Shown here: positions 55,241 to 64,000 of the stretch, piece by piece
Layout of the letters: each line of letters opens with the position of its first letter
Position numbering within the stretch: position 1 is the stretch's first letter
Source of the DNA: Camelus dromedarius
Lineage: Eukaryota
Direction of reading: 5' to 3'
NCBI RefSeq assembly: GCF_036321535.1
Contig: NC_087436.1
Span: forward strand, 50,966,001-51,030,000
DNA: 64,000 nucleotides
Translations under genes and position numbers: made by a program
Notes under the pieces: model-generated
Databases searched by the model: none
What the model was told of the DNA's origin: nothing
The model's input: the letters and a program-made list of their open reading frames with translations, nothing else

Positions 55241-57534
55241 TGTCACTTCCCTAGAGGTCTGAAAGCTGCTGAGGAATGTCCTACCATGTCCGTTACATAA
55301 AAAAAGCAAGGGGCAGAATATGTTATAGATTAACAGAATAGGTGTGTGTGTATAAATGAATATGCTTTATAGTTTGTTTTCTATGTATTTGCATGTATAA
55401 ACACACATGTTTACACACATAAACATATACACATAGGCTTGTATATGCATAGAATTATTTTTGGAAGCCTATTCAAGAAATTCATAACAGTGCTTCTCTC
55501 TAGGGAGGAGAGGGACCTTGGATAGAAGGAAAACTTACTTTTCTCTATATATGTCTTCATATTATTTGAATTTCTATTAAATGCATATGACACTTTTAAA
55601 TAAATAAAAAACAGCTCTTACTTGAAAAATAAAACAATGGGAATGGCACAAAGACTAGACATTCCCTAGTGAGGGGGTACACATGATCACACAATTTCAA
55701 TAATGAAAGGGGTTTTGAAGTCTTGGTTTGCTCATAGGTGGAGAAGTTAATTGGGATTTGTTATATTTGCTCCCTCTTTGAATTTCACCAGTACTCATAT
55801 TTTTTTGCCTGGGGATCCTCCATACCCATTTGGTCCACATGTTGAAGGTGTAGCTAGCCCCACTGCCAGATCCAGCACAGGAATGGCTGTTACACAATCA
55901 CTTTGTCCCACGTTCCCTGTCCCCGTGTTACCTCCAGGCATGGGCTATGAAACACTGCAGATCAATCAGGGCCTAGAAACCTTCAATCTGGGCCCTTTTA
56001 AACCTGGTTCAGCTTCCAAGGAAACAGGCTTTCTGCTGCAGGACGTGGTGTCCTAACAGAGTGAGCCTGAGGCTGCTGCTGGAGCCAAAGGTGGGAGCCT
56101 GCACTACACAGGTCAGAGCCGACAGGCAGAGAGAAACCAAATGATAGAGTGTCAGCTCTGAATCCAGTGGAGTTTGAAGCTAGCTGGCTCTTCTTTTGGA
56201 CTTTTCAGTTTTTAAGAACAAATTGTTCCATTTTCTTTGCTCAGTTTTAGCTGTTTTTTCCCCCCAGTGGCCATGGAAGGATTCCAGTGGGTAGAGAAAC
56301 TGAGGCAGGAAAAGCCCATTTCAACCTGGAAGTTTGCCGACATGCCTAAGGTCTAAGTCACAGTGTCCCAACTCATTGACCAGGACATGGATCACTTGAT
56401 TCCGAGTCAGGTGAGTAAGGGAGGAAAAGGAAAAGAAGGCTGGTGAGATGGGAAGAACAAGATGGAGCAGCAGGTGGAGGGGAGCCTGGTAGAAGACTGT
56501 TTCCAATAACCACCTATTATTATTATTATTAGAATATCATGTTATCTGTCTCTTCTTTAGCTGCATCATGATCGTACTAGTCCTTGTTTTGGGAAGATAA
56601 TTCTAGCATCTCCTGCATGTTGACGATTCATTCATTATAAAAATAATTACTGGCTACCAATCATGTATTATATACTACTCCAGGTGCTGAAGATACAGCA
56701 GTAAATACAACAGAAAAAAAAAAAATCCCTGTCCTCATGGAGCTAACAGTCACATCACAGGCATCTTTTCATGACACTTTTTTGTTAAAAAACATAAACA
56801 TGTCCTGAATGAACATTTAATGCTATAGACGTGTCAAGGACTGTGCTAGGTGCTTTTATGTCAATTACTTCACTTAATCCTAATACTATTCTTGCAGAGT
56901 AGGTATTTTTATTTTCATCTTATAAACGAGGAAAACACAAAGAAGCACTAACAGATCTCAAGTATTGCCTATTTTAGAAGCCTAAAGTCACTAAGATGAA
57001 ACCCAGTATTAAGAATTTGAAACAAACTAACTCGTGTGGAAAGACTGCAAAGAAAACGTTATGGGGTTTGGCCAGAGTATTATTACAGCAGCGTATACTA
57101 ACTAAATTCTCTGGTTTTCAAAAATTTGAATTGTAATAAAAATTTTTGATGTGCTATTTCAATTTTCAGTAGCAAATAAATGTGTGTACAGAGGATCTTA
57201 TTAAAATTTGAGTACCTTTTAAAAAGTCTGCAGAAATTATGTTGAAGATCACACCATCTGTCATCATACAATCTCAAGTAAAATCTAGCTTTGGCTTTCA
57301 AGTATGGTATTTCGCTCACTAAACCACAGCTCTATTTAACTACTATACGACGGATGTCTCCACTATAGCAACTTAATGGGTTTACCCAGATCCTGCAAAG
57401 TCCCTGGGTATTATGTAACACATGAATAAAGAAACTTACATGAAGCAATTTATTATCATCTCCTGATCTGACTGTTGCTCATTGGGTTAGTATCTAGGAT
57501 GTGATCTCCTAGCTGTTTTGTTTATGAAACCTCG

Positions 57535-57743
57535 AAGTGGTATGTTGGAGTTGCCTGACCAATTCACAAGGGTTAATTGTTAAATTTTCAGAAATTCTGC
57601 AAGCCAGTTGACTTCATGTTGACAGCTTGAAACTGACCGTGGTGGACATCAAGGAAATTGACAAATACTACAAATCAGGGTTTTACTTTGGTTTGCTTTT
57701 TTTCCTGGACAGCCAGTTGTTAAACATTCACTAGCCCACCACT
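57535..57743. mobile_element. hAT-Blackjack MITE (MER63-like)
   Basis: agtggtatgttgg...attgttaaattttcag...tacaaatcaggg...agccagttgttaaacatt...ccaccact. Confidence 0.75.
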
Positions 57744-57975
57744 ATCCTACTCAATGGAGAAATATCACAGGAATTACTTTATTAAGTAAATTACTCAAAA
57801 TACTGGCAAACTTCTCCAATTTGAAAGATTTCTACTACTCCCCAAATACATAACAATGATACATAAGGGGTACCATGGATACGTGTAAATGTCTTTCCCA
57901 CTGCATTGTGGGGCTAAAATGGCCATTACCCATACTTTCAGAACCTGGTTTATAAGCTTAATGCCATAATATACT

Positions 57976-58432
57976 TGTAATGGGTTTGAATATTGTACCC
58001 CCCAAAACTCATGTCTACCTAGAAGCTCAGAATGTGACCTTATTTGGAAATAGGGTCTTTGCAGACATAATTAATTCAAGACAAGTTCAGTCTGGATTAT
58101 GATGGGCCCTTAACACAATGACTGGTATCTTTATGAGAGAAAGAGAGACTCAGACACAGAAAGACAGAGGGAAGACAGTCATGGGAAGACAGAGGCGGAA
58201 ACTGGAGTGATACAGCTACAAGCTAAAGAAAGGCAAGGACTGCCGGCAACCACCAAAAGCTAGAAAAAGGCAAGGAAGGGTTCTTCTCTAGAGTCCTCAG
58301 AGGGAGCACGGCCCTGCTAACTACTTGATTTTGGACTTCCAGCTTCCAGGACTGTGAGAGAATAAATTTCTGTTGCTTTAAACCACGTAATTTGTGGTAA
58401 TTTGTTATGGCAGCCCCCAGGAAACCACTACA
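57976..58432 (+). mobile_element. MaLR solo LTR (MLT1B/C-like) with perfect 5-bp TSD
   Basis: TG...CA ends flanked by ATACT/ATACT; aatgtgaccttatttggaaatagggtctttgcaga; ctgtgagagaataaatttctgttg. Confidence 0.92.
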
Positions 58433-59659
58433 ATACTTGTGCAAATTATCATGTGCATAATGCCTAAGAGAACACAGTTAAGGAGCCTAAAAAGAATTTA
58501 ATAAATTCCTTTCTGGCCTCTTGCTACCTGTAAGATTTTCACAAGAAATCACATATTACAATACATCTTAAGGTAAGTTTTCAGCGCAGCATCCGTTTTC
58601 AATCTCCTACCTTAATAACCCCAGATGGAAAGAAGGACATGGTGTAAATAGAGTGGAAGCAACGCTAATGAGTGAAGTTATGCCGAAAACAAATCAGTAG
58701 GCTGGTGAAACTTTTGTGCGGCTCCATGATCCCATAAACCAATCAGCAAAGCTGCCACTCAGTACTCAAATTGGTGTATTTTGGAATATAAACACAGAAG
58801 TAACTACCATTTTTAAGTGCTTACCATGTGCCATGCACCGAACAACTCAATTTAAACGTATGTCCTATGAAGCAAGTATTATTTGTCTCAACCTTACTGA
58901 TGAAGAAACTGAGGATGGGCCAAGTTAAGTAACACTGCCAGTAAGTGGCAAAACAGGGGATCAGCATCATTCCCAGCCCTGAACTAACTGCCTTGAGTCA
59001 GTGCTTCAACACCTGAAAGTGTGGTCCACAAGGCACCCGAACCCCATCCGAGACGAGGACTTCTAAGTGCAGGACCAGGACTCTGCAGCTTCGGTACCGC
59101 CTTTCAGGACTTCAGTTGCACACCTGTTACTCTTTCTTGCAACCTGAATTTCACCCCTTCTTTCAAGCTTTCTGTCTCTCTCTGCCACATTCCAGGAAAT
59201 TACTTTAGATCTATTTTTAAATTTGGTTATTTTTTTCTTCCACTGTCCCTAATCTTGATTTTAACTCATTCACCGAGTTAAATCACTTCAGTGATTATAT
59301 TTTACATCTGGAATCCTGCTTTTTTCTTAACACGAGGTCATAAGCCTTTCCTATGTTGTACAGTGTTCATAATTATTTTTTAAAACAGTAGCATAATATT
59401 TACTCTATGGTTACACCATGATTTATCTATTCATTCATCTGTTATATAACACAAACCCTTAGAAACTACCATAGAATCGCAGATCGGCTAAATGATCCAC
59501 TGTGATTTAGCATGTGTAAAGTGGGCCCCTGGCATCTCTGCAGTTAAAATATTCTTGGGTGATTGTGATGCACACCCATGGTCGAGACCTACAGATTTAA
59601 AGACCTCCACAAGTAGAGACAGACCCTTAATACCATAATAATTAATAGTAGCCCACGAT

Positions 59660-59860
59660 GGTTAAAAATCTGATCCTACTTCCTGAACTGAAATCTCGGG
59701 CTCCACCCCTGGAAGACTGAGACCCAGGGGAAAGCTTCTTAACGCCTCCGGACTTTGGTTCCTTGACTGTCCAGCGAGGATCACTGAAACTCTCTCAGTG
59801 GGCTGTGGTGATCAAATGAGATGATGCAAGGAAGCACAGCAAGCCATCCTTATAACCGCT
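59660..59860 (+). mobile_element. MIR SINE
   Basis: aaatctcgggctccacc...ggtttccttgactgt...atcaaatgagatgatgca. Confidence 0.55.
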
Positions 59861-62753
59861 CTGTTGGGTGAATGAGGACTTAAAGGTGAGAGGCACTGTC
59901 TGTGAACATCTGCAAGCACCTTCTAGTCCACCCCGACGCAACCTCAGAGAGGTGACTGGAGACTGGAGGATTCTGATCTGGAATCCACCTGGAGGGTGGG
60001 GAGAGGAGATTGAAACTGCAGGGAAGTTTACAGCCTCACCTCTAGACCTGCTGACAAGCTGAAAAGCAGCTTGTCCGTGGTAGAGGAGGTGTTGCACGCT
60101 TGGGGGCGGTCGCACTTCCATGTATTTTTACCTTATCAAGAAGAATTACCAGTGTGTGACTTTATGAGACCCAAATTCCTGGATGGAATGAGGAAAGGCT
60201 ATATAGTCTTCAGACTGAGACCACTGCGGTTAGAAGAAGCCACCAGAGATTTGCTTTAGATTGAACAGTGGTCCCAGGAATAATCACATACTTAAGGAAG
60301 AGTAGAGAGGAGAAAAATGGGAATGGACAACAGGGGAAGGTCACCAAGCTTCGGATGGACAAAAACAAAGCTTGAAATTCAGACAAGTTGTAAATTCAGT
60401 AAGTCTATGGTTCTCTTGATAATTTCTAAGGGTTAAGTTTCACAGCTATGACCCAGAAGAATTCCTCTAATGAGTAGCTTTCTCCAGTTCATAATGCAGA
60501 CTATGAATATGTACAGTGAATTTAAAGGGCTGTTCTAAAAAATGTTTCACAAGGTAATATTCTGTTCTAGGTACCAAATAAAAAACTTATGAACTACCTG
60601 AAAGAAAAATTATCCAGAAGTCTAGATTGTGGTTACACATGGGAAGTAGTTTTGTCTGCTTGCCTAGAGGGGACCTGACACATAGTGCTCAATGAGTATT
60701 TGTTAAATGTACTGTTTTCTCTCTTTTGGCTTCAACCACTAATGGTTAACTTCATGCTTAATCAGCACCTCTATGGAAGAGCAAGAGAGAAAAAGCAGTG
60801 AAGACTGTTTGCCTTTTTGGGCTGTGATTCTGTCTCCCCGCTTCCCCACCCCATACCCAAAGTGAAGGGAGGCTTTCTTGGGCCCTGTATTGAGCAACTT
60901 TAATTATTTTAACTTACCAAAAAGCAATAAAAAATGCAAAAATGTAAATATAAAATTAAAAGTACAAAAATAAATATGAAAAAATTTAAAGACATTCCAT
61001 ATATCTTTTTTTTAATTGGCTGCTTTTCGTTAGCAGTTTTTTTTTTTTTAAATTGGCCACTGTCAAAAAGCTAAAGTGACATATACTCTGCAGCACTGGT
61101 TCGTAACCATGTTTGAGTCTTTCCTTTTGAAAATCTGATAAAAAGTTATAATTATCTCCCCAGAAATATGTGTATACATATACACAAAATTCGGCATATA
61201 AATTCAGAAGTCCAAAATTGCTCTGACGCGAGTGAAAGGGAATCCAGGTTACAAAGCCCTTCTCTTCAATATACAGCACACAGGACTCTGGACCTTGGGG
61301 ATATGATTATTTCCCCTTGTTAACACATGCAAACAGAGAACAGCTTAGGGGTATTGATGGAAACTTTAAAAATGCTACGAGGTAGGTTCTAGGTACATGC
61401 CTAATTGATTATTGATGGTCTTCTTCCCTGTTGTTTTTAGTAACTGACTCAGATTAAACCATTCAAAATTAGCATTATAACTAGGTCTTTAAAATAGCAA
61501 AACTTCTGAACCAGACAAGTCTATACAAAGGAAAGAGAGATTACACAAGGATATGTGATATCCCTAAACGCCACAGCAGATCAGCCAGGCTGTATGTGAC
61601 CTTGACTGAAACTTAACATTTAGGATTTTTAAGTGAGAGGGGCACCGAGAGTGGAGACGTGAGAAAAAAAACAAAACCAAAAACCAACGATTGTGGGGAG
61701 GACAACAAAAAAGTTGTTGTTGACCTAAACATTTCAACACATGCCTCTGTTCAACATAAAACACTCAAGAAAGAAAACATATGTGAGAACCAGCTTTCAG
61801 AAAACATTTGATTAAAAATAGTTACACTTACATCAGCTGTGTTTCAAGTTGTGGTCCATTGCATTTGATATTTATAACTAAAGAGAAAATAAGAATACCA
61901 ACTGGTCAGCTATTCGTATTTTAGAGTCAAGGTCACGGACAGCTTTCTGGTTGGTGGGGGGGGGGCACGCTGGAGGATGTCATGTGAGCTGAGGATGCCT
62001 GCTTTCTGGCCACTCTGGAAGAGAATCAGTGAGGGTTTCTGAAGCCCCATGGGGCTGTTCCTCTTGGCACCTTTCCACCTCTGTGAAGAGGAAGGTAGTT
62101 TGATTAACTAAAAAAAAAATCTCATGAATAACTTTCGGGAAAGAGGGAAGTGAGCCTTCCCTGGCACTCCTTGCTGAGTCAAAAACAGGCAGGGACAAGC
62201 TTGGCCTCGAGGAAGGTACTTGTGCTTTTCTGCCAGCCTCTCCCATTAGGAGTTTCATGATGAAATGAGAACTAAGGAAACTTTAAAGCGAAGCTTTATA
62301 GGACAGTATAATGGATTATTAAATGTTTGACAAAAGGACAGCTTTTCTTTAAAAAGGGCAAGATGCAGGGTTAGTCTGCATATTTCCTTTCCCTACATTT
62401 TTCTCCAAATATTATTATTTGCTGTAAAGTCCACATTGTGAATGAATACATTTTATCTAGATGATAAAGAGGAATCAACAGAATCAAAGTGAACATTAAT
62501 CTTCAGTGGAGCCCAGTTTTAACTCTTATTGCCCTGAAAATAAGCCATCGTGCATAATAGAAAATTGAAGTTGAAACCAGGAAAATCCCAATACTCAGGG
62601 AAGCATACTTATATAGTAAAAATATTAAAATATATCAGAGATCGAAAGTTTACCATGAAGAAGAAGGAAAAAGTGACAGATGGGCAGGGCTTTAGTTGTT
62701 ACTATATTTTATTTTAGAAAGAGATCAGAAGCAAATATGATAAAATGGTAATA

Positions 62754-63068
62754 CAGTTAGCCCTCTGTATCCTCGGGTTCTGCATCCATGATTCAACCAA
62801 CTGCAGATGGAAAATATATATATTTTTTAATTCCAGAAAATTCCAAAAAGTAAAACTTACTTTGCCATGCACTGGCAACTATTTATATAGCATTTACAAT
62901 GCATTAGGTATTAAAAGTAATCTAGAGATGATCTAAAGTATACAGAAGAATGTGCATAGGTTATATGCAAATACTGCCCCATTTTTTTACAAGGGACCTG
63001 AGCATCTGTGAATTTTGGTATCTTGCAGGGTCCTAGAACCAATCCTCCAGGACACTGAGGGAAGACTG
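62754..63068. mobile_element. TcMar-Tigger MITE (MER2-like)
   Basis: TA TSDs; TIRs cagttagccctc/gagggaagactg; taatctagagatgatctaaagtata...ggttatatgcaaatact core. Confidence 0.9.
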
Positions 63069-63479
63069 TACCTATTAAATCAGGTGGTGGTATGTGGTAT
63101 CCTTTACATCAATTTTTAAATGTTCTGTATGCTTGAAATATTTTATAATTAGAACAGTTTTTTTTAAAAAGAATGTGAAGACTTACATAGCAAGACTCTT
63201 GAAAGCTAAATGGTATTCTCTGACGTGAAACATGCAGAACACCAGATGGTCCAGTAGCCCTAATTCTAGAAATAATCTCCACGTGGTAAGAGTGTGTCTA
63301 AGCCTAGCCTATACTCAGCTTATCGGAAATAGGGTTTTAAGCATGGGACAAAAATTCAGTAGAAAAAGGAGGACCAGGGTAGACTCCTAGAGTTGGTTTT
63401 AAAATGATTTAATTTGTATCATATGTGGACAATCAGCGAGAGAGAAATCCAGGCAGGTTAAATGTTTATAAGCTCTGTA

Positions 63480-64000
63480 AAGCACGGCTAAGGGTCTGTA
63501 GCCCCCAAACCACAGCCAGCCCCAGCAGCTTTCGGGTTAGCCCCGCCCCTTTGCTGCTGCCTGTGGGTGACTGAGTGCTGGACAAACCACCAGCTTCTCA
63601 GGGCGTGGTGGGTCCTCACAGAGGCATGATGGGAAGAGGGGGCGAGGCTGGAGGAGAAAAGAGTAAGAGGCTGCAGGTGAGGAAAAGGCAGAGCCCATGA
63701 CATTTTACTGTTAAGCCTGAACCATGTACTTTAGCAAGTATGTAGCGTATGTAAAATTTCAGAAATATCATTTCCTTCCAGTAAATGTAAATGCTCTCCC
63801 ACTGACGTTCCTGTGGAAATGGAATTTGGGGAGAGTGTGGGACACTCTCCACTATACCTCCCTCTGCTGGAAGGGAGGAGGAGGGCAATTCCATAGCTTC
63901 TCCCGTGGCTCACACCCGCTCTGGAGGTTTACAGCCTTGACTGAATCCACCCGCACTTTCACTTTCTCTTCTGTAGCAGTTTACAGCGGAGAGCCAACAG
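63480..64000. promoter_or_regulatory. GC-enriched candidate intronic enhancer with an IRF/PRDM1 motif
   Basis: GC box ccccgcccc at 63541; ACTTTCACTTTC at 63955-63966. Confidence 0.4.

Noticed and set aside
38226..64000. Apparent lack of upstream NFKB1 exons
   Set aside because: Intron 5 is long in mammals (tens of kb in human, from recall), so exon 5 should lie beyond the window. This is not evidence of truncation or pseudogenisation.

Overview
This is mammalian genomic DNA covering the central part of NFKB1 (NF-kB p105/p50) on the minus strand. Fourteen consecutive coding exons (6-19 by human numbering) map to the base, all with GT-AG boundaries. They splice into one stop-free 1960-nt frame encoding most of the Rel homology domain, the NLS, the glycine-rich region and most of the ankyrin repeats. 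Exons 1-5 lie beyond 64000 and exons 20-24 before position 1. The rest is intron rich in transposon relics (L1, L2, CR1/L3, MIR, MaLR LTRs, hAT and Tigger MITEs). Young L1 tails and the apparent absence of Alu/B1/Bov/Can/PRE SINEs suggest a camelid-like laurasiatherian (inference). I found no evidence for a new biological system. The most notable oddities are a ~100-bp direct repeat flanking exon 13, a twin-primed 5'-inverted L1 with a perfect TSD, nested L1 insertions and several candidate intronic enhancers. Exon numbering, human comparisons and repeat family names are from recall, not database searches; repeat boundaries without TSDs are approximate.
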